In this document: in pieces, positions 25,045 through 39,400 of the stretch
Layout of the letters: each line of letters begins with the position of its first letter
Position numbering within the stretch: position 1 is the first letter of the stretch
NCBI RefSeq assembly: GCF_039654945.1
Contig: NW_027361684.1
Span: forward strand, 8,866,001-8,930,000
Direction: 5' to 3'
From: Dendrobates tinctorius
Lineage: Eukaryota
DNA: 64,000 bases
The notes under the pieces: model-generated
Databases searched by the model: none
Seen by the model: the letters and a program-made list of their open reading frames with translations, nothing else
Told to the model about the DNA's origin: nothing
Position numbers and translations under genes: made by a program

Positions 25045-26353
25045 TCCCAGGGCCGTGGGGTACTCGGTATCGGGCCGGGGTTGGCGGGATGTGTCACAGC
25101 AGCGGTGACCCGGTCCGTGGCCCTGGGCGCCCAATTAACAGGGAAAGATTGAATGGTGGAATGTAGCTAATGGAATAGTTTGTGACGCCATCTGCGGTGT
25201 TCGGCAAATGAGATGTTGAGCCGACGCTGCGTGCAGATCCCCTGGGGCTGGTGGTGTGCTGCAGCCAAGATGGTGAAACACCCCACAGGAGGAGCTGTAG
25301 CCCCAGGGCAGTGTAGATGTAGGGGTAGAGGAGAGGCACGAGCCGTGTAGAAACTGGTACCCAGATGTAGCGGTGCTGGGTGTGTTGGCGCAAGAATCAA
25401 TGGAGGACACCAGGCTTGTAGTTCCAAAGCTTTACTCACAGTCTGTAGTACACACAGGTGCCTGCCTCCGTACTGTGTCCTCCGGGTCAGGGACTCAATC
25501 AACCTCCAGGCCAGATGGAATGCTCCCTTCCAACGCTCCGCCAACATGTGCCTTTCTGAACGTCTCCTCTTATAGCGCCTTTAAGTGTGAAGTACTCCCA
25601 ATACTGAGTTACACTGGAGTGCCTCCTGACAGATGTTCCTAAGAACTCTACTTGTACGGCAGACAGCTGTAGCCTGCTTCGGGGACTCCTTACTCCTGAG
25701 TCCCGGCTCACTATCAAGGTTGCTGTTGTGCCCGCAAGTCTTAGATGGGAGTAGTGCATTTACAGCCCACTACTCCACCGGTGTCTGCTGTAGGACCATT
25801 AGTATCCATACAACCTCGGGGACCGGGCCCCGGCCTTACGCTTAGAACTTCTAGGCAGGCTTCTTCCTCTAACCCATGTCCTCTGTTCCCATTTACTCCT
25901 ACGTTCCATACTAGTCTTTCCTTCTTATGGAAGATCAGGTTTCAGTTCAATGTCTTTCTTCTTCTTTCCTTTCCCGTGCCAGCAGACCCTGGTCACTGAG
26001 ATCTGCTGCAGCACCTCCTTCCTCCATCCCTCTCTCAGGGATCTTCTTTCCTCACTCCTCTCTGAGTGACTCTCCGACTGACTGACTTCTAATCCTAACC
26101 CTTCCCGCTCTTTTATGTATTCTAACTCCACCTACCTCCCAGCACGTTTCGTGTTCCAAGCAGGGAGCCACCAAAGGTGCTCTGCTACACTCCAAGCAGG
26201 GAGCCGCAATGTGGCTTTGCTGAACTACCGTGTTGTGTGGGATGCAGGTGTTGGAGCCTGGTCAGGAGCCTCCAACTTACCTGGATGGTGGGGCACCACA
26301 CCTCAGGAGGAGGTGCAGTACCTCTGTGGCGACTGAGCCTCAGGGGCGCCACA
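25045..26353. mobile_element. Probable Gypsy LTR (one end missing)
   Basis: GC-rich non-coding segment ending GGGGCGCCACA; left terminus not found. Confidence 0.45.
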
Positions 26354-26899
26354 CTCCCATGCTCTAAGCCTGCTGTCAAATTGACAGCCGGCTCAGAGAA
26401 AGTGCTTGTACTAGCATCTTCAGACGCTAGTACACTTGTTGAACTACTTAACCATGATGGCCGCTGGCACTTCCGCATCAGTGAAACGCTAGCAGCGTGA
26501 TCAGTTCATATAATCACGCTGCTGTCGTCACTCGCCGGCTCTTCAGAGGCGAAGACACAGGGCACAGGCAGCGTTGCGGTTGGTGGTAAGTGCTCCAGCT
26601 CCAGACGGGGTAATGGAGCTGAAGACACCAAGGATTAATGGTGGAAATGTAAGGACATGCTCTGGGGGCTAGGAATGGATGGTTGGGGTCGGGGACGCTA
26701 TATGGAGTGAGTCAGTGCAAGGGAATGTGTGAGATTGGGGGATGGCTGCAGACACATGGATAGGGAGGGAGCAGGGGGGAGCAAATTGAGGACAGTGTGT
26801 GAGGAGCAAGGCCAGGAGGTTGGATGGATGCAGACAGATGCATGTGGTGGAGAAATATGAGGAACATATGGAGGGGGAGAGGGCATAAATCTGAGGACA

Positions 26900-27500
26900 T
26901 TATAGGGGGTGGATTTGGAGTGAAGATGGGGGGAACATAATGTGTGGGGGGTATTTAGAGTCGGGATGGGGGGTTATTTAATGTGTATTGGGATTTGGAG
27001 TGGGGGTGGGGGTTATTTATGTGTGGGGAGATTTGGAGTGGGGATGGGGGTAATTTATGTGTGGGGGATTTAGAGTGGGGATGGGGGATACTTTATGTGT
27101 GGGGGGATTTGGAGTGGGGATGGGGGTATTTTAGGTGTGTGGGGGATTTGGCATGGGGATGGGGGGATTTAATGTGTGTGGGGGGATTTGGAGTGGGGAT
27201 GGGGGATTTAATGTGTGGGGAGATTTGACGACAAAATGAAGAGTATGTATGAGGGCATGTATGAGGAAACAGTATGGGGGAAGGGTGCAGACAGTATGGG
27301 GAGCGAACGGGTAAATGTATGTGGACACAGTATGGGGAGTGAGGGTGATGGCATGTGTGCAGACACAGTATGGGGAGTCAGGGGTATGTGTGAGCAGACA
27401 GTATAGACAGTGAGGGGGTAAATATATGAGGAGACAGCATGGTGAACAGGTGGGATGTTAGAGGAGACAGTATGAGGAGGGAGGGGAATAGTGTGAGGCG
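26900..27500. repeat. G-rich ~34-bp minisatellites
   Basis: GGATTTGGAGTGGGGATGGGGG tandem, then a GACAGTATGGGG tandem. Confidence 0.8.
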
Positions 27501-27531
27501 ACAGTATATTGCAGATATTTTTATTTAGGAG

Positions 27532-27797
27532 TAGAGTTGAGCGACATTGGTCGGATCGGGTTTCGTGAAACCCGACTGAAACAAAATTTGAGTCGGATGA
27601 AACTGGTCTGACGAGGGCAAAAAAAGTCGATGTCATCCGCTCAATGCCGACTTTTAATCCCCATTGACTTGCATTGGGGTCGGGTTTCGGACGAAACTAC
27701 GACTTTTTTTGCCCTCGTCAGACCAGTTTCATCCGACTCAAATTTTGTTTCAGTCGGGTTTCACGAAACCCGATCCGACCAAAGTCGCTCAACTCTA
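27532..27797. mobile_element. Palindromic hAT-type MITE
   Basis: TIR TAGAGTTGAGCGAC, ~100-bp near-perfect inverted arms, 8-bp TSD TTTAGGAG. Confidence 0.92.
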
Positions 27798-28188
27798 TTT
27801 AGGAGCATTATAACGACACTTCTATCTTTAAGGGCGTCATGTGGAGATTTGCTGCAGAAGACCGAAGAAGATGGAAGTTTGCAGAGACGACTGTGGATGA
27901 GAAAACTCATCATGGGGTCTGGACAAGAAGAAGAAAAGAATGACTCCAGAGACGTGGCACATGATAAGGAGCTGAAACTCCTAAACCCTTCATCCAATTT
28001 TAATGTGGATACCCTCAAATGAAAACTGAAAGTCTGAACTTCAACTGCATCTGAATTGTTTTGTTTAAAATTCATTGTGATAATGTCTAGAACCAATATT
28101 AGAAAAATGTTGTCCCTGTCCAAATATATATGGACCTAACTGTATATCTACATATGGCCGTGCCTGGTACTATAGATCAGCCCCATGT

Positions 28189-29370
28189 ACAACCCCAGTT
28201 TCAAAAAAGGTTCTGACGTTGTGTAAAATATACAGATAACAAGTTTGGAAAACTATTACACCCATATTTTATTCACAACATGACATAAAACACATATCAG
28301 AAGGTGAAAATTAGACATTTTTCTGTTTCATTTTAAAAACATTAATTTAGAAATTGATAGCAGCAACACATCTTTAAAATGTTGGAACATGGTTAACAAA
28401 TTTCCGGAAAAGTAAGTGGTACTGATGAAAAAGGGTCAATTTTCAACTAAGTAACATGACTGTGTATAAAAGAGCATGTTAGAGAGGCAGAGTCTCTCAG
28501 AAGCAAAGATGTTCCAAGATGAACCAATCTTTGAACAACTGTGTCTAAAATTGTGAAACAATTTCCATAAAATGTTCTTCACCATAAAATTGCAAAGACT
28601 TTGAATATCATTATCTACAGTACATAAAATCAAAAGATTCAGAGATTATGGAAAAATCCATATGCAAAAGGGACAAGGTCAACGGACAATATTGAATGTT
28701 CAAGATCTACGGGTCTTCAGGCAGTAGTGCATTAATAACAGGAATGATTCTGTCATGCAAATCACTACATGAACTTGCGAAACCTTCCATTATCTGCAGA
28801 GCCATCCACAAATGCAAGTAAAAGCTCGATCATGCAAAGAAGGAGCCATATATCAACACAATCCAAAAATGCTGCCATCATCTCTGGTCCAAAACTAATT
28901 AAAAATGGACGGAAGCAAAACGGAAATTGTTCTGAAGTCAAATTAATCAAAATTTTAACTTCTTTTTGGAAACCACTGACCCTGTATTCTGCGGACTCAA
29001 GAGGAAAGGGACCGTTTTGTTTGTTATCCTGCATCTATGAAGGTATGGCGCTGCATTAGTGACTATTTTATGGGCACTATAAAGGCTTAGCATTATATAG
29101 AGATTTTAGAAAAACGTTTGACCGAATTAGACAAACTCTATTTCAGGGAAAGTGTTGCATATTTCATCAAGACAATGCTAGACCACATACTGCATCTATC
29201 ACAACAGCATGTCTTTACAGAAGAAGAGTTTGGGTGATGAACTGGCTGCCTGCAGTCCAGACCTTTCACCATTAGAAACATTTGATGCATTTTGAAATTC
29301 GGAAAAGAAGATCCAGGACTGTTGAGTGAGAATCCATGGCAAGAATGGGACAACATTTCTCTCCCTGTAG
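28189..29370 (+). mobile_element. Highly decayed Tc1-like element
   Basis: TA|CAACCCC end; remnants FHQDNARPH and WPACSPDLSP. Confidence 0.7.
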
Positions 29371-30659
29371 TATAATATTCGGCCAAGTGCTATCTGATAA
29401 AACATCAGATAGCACTTGGCCATGTCATGCGGCGATTTCAGCGAGCCCTTAGATTTGCAGTGCTGGGTTGATGGCATAGGAGTTGAGCACAGACCATAGA
29501 TGCCTATCTGACTTGATCGCAACAATTAACATATGGCATGGGAGAATTATATAAGGTATTTTCTTTGATCTGCGGAGGAGCTTGAGGTTTATGCACATGT
29601 TGGTAGACCTCTGTGCAAGAAACTTAAAGGTGGTACTTTTGGTTTACATAGGGAAAATCTGGTGACAGGTTACCTGTCTTTGGCTAGAATTGAGCAAAAA
29701 GATTCCTAGGACCCTGATCCGGCATCGATATTGGTACCTCCATGGCAGCTCGAAAAGGTCAGTGCAAACGTCTACTGCAGGCTCTCCGGCATCCTGAGCA
29801 CCTCTTATGATGACTTGGCTCCTGCTAAGTCAATTTGTACTGACCTAGCTCAGCTGCCACGGAGTAGTGAGGAGGATGCAGGATCCGAGTCCTGCAAATC
29901 TTCTTCCTCAAGTCTAAGACTAACCCAATTTTTATTTGGCTCATACCCACACATTCTGAGGGCATGGTCCGAATTTTTTCCAGACAGCCAATGAGTGGTC
30001 TCCAACTAGACACCTCCAAAATTTATGACGTTACAGTATATAGTACTGTATATCTGCCAGGCAGGGATGTAAAGTAAAAGAAAACAAAATGCCCAATGGG
30101 CAAATAACTTAAAGTTAGCAGCCGTAGCTGGTAAAGGATCAGCATCAGATGAGCCGAGACTTAAAAGCTCCAGAAGTCTTTCTTTAGGACAAGGCTTGGC
30201 ATAAATCATCATATTTAATTGTACAGTGAACCGGCAGCTGCTGGTAATATCTCCATTAGAATTATTGATATTGACTGTTTTTAAGTACAGTCATTTGATA
30301 GAGTTGCTACAAGATAAGCCGATTTTTATCCTAATTGTCTTTACAATGCAACAATCAGATCAGGTTAGCAGAGAGAAAGCTCAGATACAATCTCTAGAGA
30401 GCAAGCAGCTATGTCCAGTCATTTTCTGAGAAGATGTATACTCTCTTCCACACACTTAAAGGAACAATTGCTAAATCATACAGAATAGCACATTGGTCTC
30501 CACTAGTTCAACAACATGTGTGATAGAATATTCATGACCCTTTGAAAGTCTCATAATGTAAAGCAGTATCATGATAATAGTAGTGTCAATCATAACAACC
30601 CATAACACATGCAAATGATGTACCATATATGGTCGGCGCTCATAGGAAGTGAGGTATTC

Positions 30660-31215
30660 TGCTACATGCAGGCGATCTGATCATCGCCTGCCTGTAGGAG
30701 AGCCGATCGGGTTATGGCAGCTTCTAGTCTCCCATGGAGACTATTGAAGCATGCCAAAAATGAAAAAAAAAAGTTTTTAAAAATAAAAAAAAAAAAAAAA
30801 AATAAAAAGTTCAAATCACCCCCTTTTGCCCTATTCAAAATAAAACAATAAAAAAAATCAAACATACACATATTTGGAATTGTTGCATTCAGAATCGCCA
30901 GATCTATCAGCAAAAAAATGGATTAACCTGATCGCTAAACGTTGTAGTGAGAAAAAAGTAAAAGCGCCAGAATTACGTTTTTTTGGTCACCACACTATTG
31001 CATTAATGCAATAACAGGCGATCAAAAGATTGCATCTGCACCGAAATGGTATCATTAAAAACGTCAGCTTGGCGCGCAACAAAATAAGCCCTCACTTGAC
31101 CCAAGATCACGAAAAATGGAGATGCTACAAGTATCGGGAAATGGCGCAAATTTTTTTTTAACAAAGTTTGTAATATTTTTTCACCACTTAGTTTATGTTT
31201 GGTGTCTATGAACTC
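30660..31215. mobile_element. Fragment of a non-autonomous DNA transposon (piggyBac-like/TTAA type, tentative)
   Basis: Resembles common anuran repeat sequence from recall; no termini seen. Confidence 0.35.
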
Positions 31216-31217
31216 AG

Positions 31218-32250
31218 AGTCGTGTTCAAAGGCTGGTACGCATGGTGGAAAAAAACACCACTTCAAACATCCAAAGACCTGAAGGCCAACCTGGAACAGT
31301 CTGGGGTCATGGTTTCAACAAGTACCATAAGCCGCACACTAAACCAAGCAGGATGAAGGCCAAGGAAGAAACCATTGCTGAAGAAAAGACAAAAAAGGAA
31401 AGACTGATCTTTACCAAAGAGTACCTTGACAAACCACAATCCCTCTGGGAAAATGTTCTGTGGACAGATGAAACAAAAATAGAACTTTTAGGCAATGCAA
31501 AACAAAAGTTTGTTTACAGATGGTGCAATGAAGCTTATAAGGAAAAGAACACTCTACCAACAGTTAAGCATGGTGGAGGATCCATAATGTTGTAGGGCTG
31601 CTTTGTTGCATCTGGTACTGGAGGCCTTGACCATATCACAGGAATCATTAAATCAGAGAATTATCAAGAGATTTTAGAGCGAAATGTCCTACCCACTGTA
31701 AGAAAATTTGGTTTGAGTCAAAGATCATGGGTCCACCAGCAAGTCAATGACCCAAAGCACGCACCCAAAAGTACACAGGGTTGGATGAAAAATAAAAAAT
31801 TACTGTTTGAAAATGGTTAGCAATGAGTCCTGACCTCAATCCCATTGAAAATCTTTGGGATGAGCTGAAATCTGCCATTGGGAAAAAGAACCCTGCAAAC
31901 ATTCAAGAGCTTGAACTAGCTGCTAAGGAAGAGTGGGAAAAAATATCAGCTGAAAAGTGCAAGAAACTTATTGATGCCTACCAGAAACATTTGGAGGCTG
32001 GGGTCAATGCCAAAGGGTGTGCAACCAAGTATTCATTAGGGGTGCCTTTATTGCTGCACATGCTGCTTATTCTGTTTCATATTTGAAATTGCAACATGTA
32101 AGCTGAAAAAACAATGTTTTAGTGTTGTATTACTTTAGACCACAAGAAATCCAGAGGATATACAGTAACTTTGGTACATTTCCATTATTTCTAAAGATAT
32201 TGTACAGTCTATGAAGAAAATAAAGGGGTGCTAATAATGGTGAACAGGAC
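31218..32250 (+). mobile_element. Tc1-like relic, 3' two-thirds
   Basis: [32 protein letters not shown] in broken frames. Confidence 0.85.
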
Positions 32251-32262
32251 ATTATATATATA

Positions 32263-33468
32263 CCGTGTGGAAAAAAAGTATTTAGTCCGCCACCAATTGT
32301 GCAAGTTCTCCCACTTAAAAAGATGAGAGAGACCTGTAATTGACATCATAGGTAGACCACAACTATGAGAGTCAAAATGGGAAAACAAATCCAGAAAATC
32401 ACCTTGTCTGATTTGGCAAAATTTATTTTGCAAATTATGGTGGAAAATAAGTATTTGGTCACCTAAAAACATGCAAGATTTCTGGCTTTTACAGACCTGT
32501 AACTTCTTCTTTAAGAGGCTCCTCTGTCCTCCACTTATTACCTGTAGTAATGACTCCTGTTTGAACTTGTTATCAGTATAGTCACCTGTCCACAACCTCA
32601 AACAGTCACACTCCAAACTCCATTATGGTGAAGAATAGACCAAAGAGCTGTCAAAGGACGCCAGAAACAAAATTGTAGTCCTGCACCAGGCTTAGAAGAC
32701 TGAATCTGCAATAGGCAAGCAGCTTGGTGTGATGAAATCAACTGTGGAAGCAATAATAACAAAATGGAAGACATACAAGACCACTGAAAATCTCCCTCAA
32801 TCTGGGGTTCCACGCAAGGGTCAAAATGATCACAAGAACGGTGAGAAAAAATCCTAGAACCACACGAGGGGACCTAGTGAATGACCTGCATAGAGCTGGG
32901 ACCACCGTAACATTAGCGACCCTCAGTAGGAGCACTTAAGATGGGTCGTGGCTGGGTCTTCCAGCATGACAATGGCCCGAAACACACAGCCAGGGCAACT
33001 AAAGAGTGGCTCCGTAAGAAGCATTTCAAGGTCCAAGGGCCTAGCCAATCTCCAGACCAAAACCCAATAGAAAATCTTTGGAGGGAGCGGAGACTCAATG
33101 TTGCCCAGCGACAGCCCCGAAACCTGAAAGATCTGGAGAAGATCAGTATGGAGGAGTGGGCCAAAATCCCTGCTGCAGTGTGTGCAAACTTGGTCAAGAA
33201 CTACAGGAAACATCTGACCTGTGTAATTGCAATGGATTCTGTACCAAATTTTAAGTTCTGTTTTCTATTGTATCAAATACTTATTTCATGCAGTAAAATG
33301 CAAATTAAATATGTAAAAATCATACACTGAGATTTTCTGAATTTTAAGATTCTGTCTCTCACAGTTGAAGTGTACCTATGATAAAAATTACAGCCCTCTC
33401 CATTATTTGCAGATGGGAAAACTTGCAATATTGGCAGTATTTCAAATACTTATTTTTTTTCCCTAATG
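32263..33468 (+). mobile_element. Chimeric, internally deleted Tc1-like element
   Basis: Left part matches the 56072 family; right TIR matches the 10625 family; junction near 32928. Confidence 0.75.
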
Positions 33469-33794
33469 TATTTCTATGCAGCTGCCACACATGGGTCTGT
33501 CAGACTGCGCCATTATACTGGAAACTTGCAGAGTGTGGAGGTCAAGGTGATTCAATCAAGTATCAGAAATTTCTAGGAGAAAATGTCATGCTTTCTGTGA
33601 GGAAGCAGAAGCACCAATGGACCTTTTTAAAGGACAATGATCCAAAACCTCAAAGTCCACAAAATCCTAAAAAGGCTTGAATATAAAATCAGTCCTGGAA
33701 GAGTCTACAGTGGCCGTTACAGTAACCTGACTTGAACCCAATAGAAAAGCTTTTGTCAGATTTTAATAAGTTGTTTGTTGTACAAAAACCCAAG

Positions 33795-34460
33795 AATATT
33801 AGTGATTCCAACTGATATTTTTCATTGTCTCTGGGACTGTCCAAAAATAAGGGAGGTTTGGGATACACTTTTGCAATATCTCACTAACACTTTTGGTATA
33901 AATATTTCTCTTTCTCCGGAGTGGGCCATATTCAACATTCTCCCACGTGATCAATGGGTGAGCCTTTCTGTTCAGCAACGTCGTATTCTATTCGTGTGGG
34001 CGGCAGCTACTCGCAAAAGTATCTAAGGACACAGGATAGTACCCCCTCTTTGAACTTCATTTTTTCAAAGGTGGCCTATCTTTTCAGGAAAGACTGGATA
34101 GAGTCCATATTAAATAAAGAAAAACACACTAAACGTTTTTTTCTTACATGGTCTTCTTTTATTAATACTCAGACACGATCTATACGCCAGGCGATTCATG
34201 ACTGCTTCCAATTTACAGATTGGTACTTGAGAAAGCAGATTGATGGCAGAACTCCGGTTAAGCTGGATTAAAGTTATTTTTTTAAACTGCGAATGTGTGC
34301 CCTGGGATAGGGGAGGGAGGGGAAATTGGTTATAGTTATAAAACACTGTCTAATAGTCAAAGTACTGTTAAAATTTACTGATCAGATCTTTTTCTGATGC
34401 TTTCGTACAATATTTGTATTTTATGTCTATTGCTCAATAGATGGTTTAAAAAAAATAAAT
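33795..34460 (+). mobile_element. L1-type LINE 3' fragment
   Basis: DIFHCLWDCPKIREVW (ORF2 C-terminal motif) followed by a 3' UTR and A-rich tail. Confidence 0.75.
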
Positions 34461-34613
34461 AAATAATAGTGAACTGGAGGCCATTGCTTACCAAAGAGGT
34501 TCTTCTGAGAAATAAACCTGCTCGTGAAGGGTTTGAATAATTCTAAGATAGCAGTAGTCATTAAAAGTAACATGTTGAGGCACTTGTTATATTAGTTTTG
34601 TTGAGCTATTTAA

Positions 34614-35442
34614 AGGGGCTATCTGGGACTATTTCATTTTTTTTTTTTTTACTATGGGCCTAAGAACAAACAGGCAGGTGGTTGCCAACTGCTCGGCGCC
34701 GACCTCTTCCGGCACAGAGTGGTACAGCTTGCTCTTGCCGGCAATTCTTCAGCTTCCGCTGACGTCACCTCGATAGAGCAGCAGCTTCTCTTCCACTCTG
34801 TTGACAGGATGTGAGTATCAACGTCATGCTTAAGGGCCTGTCACACTAAGCGATATCGCTAGCAATATCGCTATAACGTCACTGGTTTTTGTGACGTTCT
34901 AGCGATATCGCTGTGTCTGATACTTACCTCCGACCGCTCCCCCCGCTGGTTATCGCTGATCGCGCGAGAACGTCCTGGACCGTTTCTCGTCGTCAGCTTC
35001 CTGTGGAGAGACGAGCGACGAGCGTGGAGCCGGGCGGGAGGACGTCAGGATCGCCTAGTGTGACAGGTAAGTAGCGACCTCCGTCCCCAGCGATGTCGCT
35101 GGTGAGATCTGCCTGTGTGGCAGCTCACTAGCGACCACTTAGCGATGCACCACCGATCCTGACCGCGTCATATCGCTGGTCGGGATCGCTGGTGCATCGC
35201 TAAGTGTGACAGTACCTTAAATCATAGCTGGCTTCCCACCGCCTAATTGTGGGGAGCCGGCTGTCAATCAGCATGATGTCGGCAGTCACACTTCATTGAC
35301 AAAGCAGCCCAGAAGAAAGGTTCTCTGATGACGTGGAGCAGCTGAATCACCACGTAGAATAGGCTGGTAGTTGCCTCTGTTAGCAATTACCTGCCTGTTA
35401 GTTTTTAGACCAATTAAAAAAAAAAAGTTGTGAACAACTCCT
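34614..35442. mobile_element. T2/Kolobok-type MITE
   Basis: TTAA|AGGGG start, degenerate ACAACTCCT end, internal inverted segments. Confidence 0.55.
34833..35217. mobile_element. Harbinger MITE related to 41836-48614
   Basis: AGGGCCTGTCACACTAAGCGA ... TCGCTAAGTGTGACAGTACCT with TWA flanks. Confidence 0.85.
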
Positions 35443-36416
35443 CTACTTTCATTGATTTATTTCAAACAGCAGAAAGTTTGTACATTTTGTTAACCTAATG
35501 GACAGTGAAGATTGAATAATTTGGACTGTAACAATATATCCCACCCCTTGACGTTGTGCTATTATAATGAGGTAATCAATGTTATTCCTTTCACTACTTT
35601 TAAAACTATGGCTGTCCTCTGATTAAAGTCCACACTAAGAAAAAATACAATCATTTCCACGTCTGGATGAAGCATTATGTAGCAAGCATGATGATCACAA
35701 AGATTTCAGTGCGCATAATATTTTTCACTATGTAATAAACTAGGAAATGTTTGGTGTCATCCTATTTATAAATATACAGTACATATATCTTCCTTTCTAA
35801 AAAATATTTATTGATGTGTAACTATTCACAATTTTTACTCAGGAAATAATTATGTACACACCTGGACTGTAAAATACTGACGTCTCCCATTATTCTGCTG
35901 AATCCTGATTTTATATTGCAAAATCAGCAGCAGAAAATGTAAAAAGAAAAGTAACAATATAGGTAAAGAGGCTGAAAAAAAGAAAAATACTAAAGGTTTT
36001 CCCTCGGCATTTCACATTCACAAATGGTTTAGTCCGTTCAGTTCAGATAATGAAGTAAAATTGATCTGAATGAACGGTGAACTGTATTTCACCCCAGAGG
36101 AGGAGACTGATGAGGATACAAACGCCAGGCTTCCTCGTCACCCCTCTGCAATCATATGATGACTACAAATATACATAAGTACATAAGGTAGGGTTGATAG
36201 TGTTTAAAAACCGAAAAAAGAAGGGGTTAACATGTTCTTTGACTTTTCCATCAGCTACTGGCTGGAATGAATTAATTCAAAAGAGATTAGATCATGTTAT
36301 TGTAAAAGACAACGTGTTAAACATAAAAGCTCTCAAATCATCATGGTATTAAAGGGAATTTGTCACCAGGTTTTTGCTTACCTATTCTAGAACAGCATAA
36401 TGTAGAGAAATAGATC

Positions 36417-39400
36417 TGTCACGATCCATTATAGGATCCGTGGCAGATCAGGATTCTCACATTAAAACTTTGTTCCTTTCAAGCCATCGTGGGTTAATGT
36501 CAGTTTTTCCCCGAATGGCCGCTGGTGTAATTACATTGCTGCTGAGTTTGCTGATACAGGTGGTGACCACTCCTACTTTCCTTCAAAAGGTCATCTGATG
36601 CATCAGCTGACTGTCGGTGTTAGAGTTCATTCGGCAGCGACCATGCTGGGAGAAGGAGCTCGCTGGGAGCAGTGGTGCCTCAGCTGTTAATGGTGAATCT
36701 GGTGTCGTTATCCTGCTGTGCGGTGCTTTACAGCAGAAAGCTAAGTGTTGTATTTTTGTTACCCTTTTCCTTTACCTTGTCTGTCTTACCTTACCTTGTG
36801 TTGTCTTAGTGCAGTGGTGGGACCAGTGTCCTCACTTGCCAATTCCCTACTTAATGATAGGTGCAGGGCAAGCAAGGGCTTAGGTATCCTGCTTGGCGAC
36901 AGGTTGAAAAACCCATATAGGGACAGTAGTAAGATCAGGGCACATCCTTAGGAGAATGCAGGAGGTGTCCAATTACCCATTCCCTATCGCAGGGCCCAAC
37001 ATTGTAATTGTGTCCCCTGGTGGTTTTGTTTTGCTCTTTGGTGACCGACCAATCTTTGGGTCATGTCGCATTGGTCAGTCATTTTGTGACATTAACACCG
37101 ACCTTCCCATTTTTTCTGGTGAGCCATGGCCAAAATGCAGGCATTTGCCCAACTGCTTCAGACCCTCACCGATGAGCTTAGGGTGCTGTGTGGTGAGGTG
37201 GTACAGCAGCTGCAGCAGTTGGTGGGGTTTGGGGCCTCGGCTCAGGTGCAGGCTCAAACAGAACCCAAGATTTCTCTCCCTGACAGGTTTTCTGGAGGGA
37301 GAGATACAATTTTGTTTTTTCAGGAGGCCTGAAAGTTGTACTTCAGGTTCCGCCCTCGTTCAGCAGGGAGTGAGGAACAACTGGTGGGAATCATCATATC
37401 CCTTCTTAAGGGTGATCCCCAAATCCTGGGCCTTCTCCATGCTGGCCGATTCACCATCTCTACGGTCAGTGGACAAGTTTTTTGCGGCTTTGGCGCTGGT
37501 GTATGGAAATCCTGATGGCATCTCCCTGACAGAATCCCAACTCCGTAAGATCAAGCAGGGGGGCCGGCTGGCTGAGGATTACTGCTCAGAGTTCAGGAGG
37601 TGGGCCACTGACATGCTGTGGAATGACCCTGCACTTAGGAGTCATTTTATGCAGGGTCTGTCTCCAAGGTTGCAGGATACTCTTGTGCAGTACACTGCCC
37701 CCAGGTTGTTGGAGGCCGCTATGTCCCTTGCCTTTCGGGTAGACGCTTGAGAGAGGCATACACCAAATGTGCCCCCTGTAGTCCTTGCTAGGGAGGAGGA
37801 CACACCGATGCAGACGGACGAGCCCATGCAGGTGGGAGGAGTTGGTTCCCAAACGGTGTTGCCTGCAGTTCGTCGTGGTGTGGGGGCATGTTTTTTACTG
37901 TGGGCAGACTGGACATTTTATCGGGGTCTGCCCAGCGTGCGCCAAATTATCTGTACCATCTAAGAAGCCGCGTCCCCCTGGTTGTGTGGAGGGAGGCAAC
38001 CAGGGAGTGTATATTTCCTCCATTTTTTCCCCTCAGTGTACCTTGTCTGCTGAAGTGGTGGTTGGCGGGGTAACTGAGGGTATGCCGATGCTTGTGGACA
38101 GTGGAGCAGGTGGCAATCTGGTGGATGCTCACTTTGTCCAGACCCATGTCCTGAGGTGTAGGATGCTAGCAAAACCCCTAAGCATCAAGGCCATTCATGG
38201 CCTCTGTCCCACTTATCCAGGGGAGGTTGACCTAAGTCATGGATGATATACATCTGCGTATAGGGACTCATCATGAAGAGTCCCTGTCGTGCTACGTCTT
38301 GGGGGGAATGCCATTACCCATCGTTTTAGGCCTCCCTTGGTTGAAAAGACACAACCCGGTCATAGATTGGCGGCCGAGGGAAGTAGTCAGCTGGGATCAG
38401 TCACGTGAGGGCTGCTGCGCGAGGGCTACTATCTCTGCCATCATTCAACAACCATCCCTTTCTTCTCCAGTGGGGGGGCAGTAGAGGTGCTGCCAGGAGT
38501 AGGGGCAAGTCTCAACCCTCACCACAAGCTAACCCTGAGTGTTGGAGTCCTCTTAGGAGGAGGGGTCAAAGGAGGATGGTGGTTCCTTCTTAGCATTGTG
38601 GGGGTGTGCGTGTGATGACACAGGGGGACGCCTCTGTTGTCGCTTCTGTATTGAGTTCACCATCTCGTGGCAGACGCATGAGTGGAAATAAACATTCAGA
38701 TCTGGCCCTGTGTGTGAACGAGTACGGTGGGTGTCCACCAAAAACATCGGGTGTCGGCCATTCTCAGCTTGGGGACTTACCAGCTGGAGTTACCCCCAGT
38801 AATGCCCGTACACAACTCATTCCAAAGGTCGGCGCTCTGGAGATTTGGTGCCTTCGGAGCCTACACTGTTGTCATCTCCATTGTGCTGCGTTCGCTGTAA
38901 GCCTGAGGGTTAGGTGACTGCCGAGGTGAACTCTGGAGGATAGAGGCGTCCTCATCATGGGTTGTTTACTGGTGAGGTCCAGTATTGAGGGTCCAGAGGC
39001 CCCTCATTGAAGGGGAGGTACTGTCACGATCCATTTTTGGATCTGTGGCAGATCTGGATTCTCACATTAAAACTTTTTTCCTTTCAGGCCATCAGGGGTT
39101 AATGTCAGTCTTTTTCCCCCGGTGGCCACTGTAATTACATTGCTGCTGTGCTTGCGGATGCAGGTGGTGACCACTCCCACCTTCCTTCAAAAGGTCACCT
39201 GATGCATCAGTTGACCGTCGGTGTTAGAGTTAATTCGGCAGCAACCATGCTGGGAGGAGCTTGCTGGGAGCAGTGGTGCCTCAGCTGTTAATGGTGAATC
39301 TGGTGTCGTTATCCTGCTGTGCGGTGCTTTACAGCAGAGAGCCAAGTGATGTATTTTTGTTACCCATTACCTTGTCTGTCGTACCTTGTGTTGTATTAGT

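Noticed and set aside
29670-30212. Possible exon or old LINE remnant
   Set aside because: Stops in the frames checked and no diagnostic motif.
37126-38440. PEG10/RTL-like host gene
   Set aside because: Flanked by LTRs and a TSD and broken by frameshifts.
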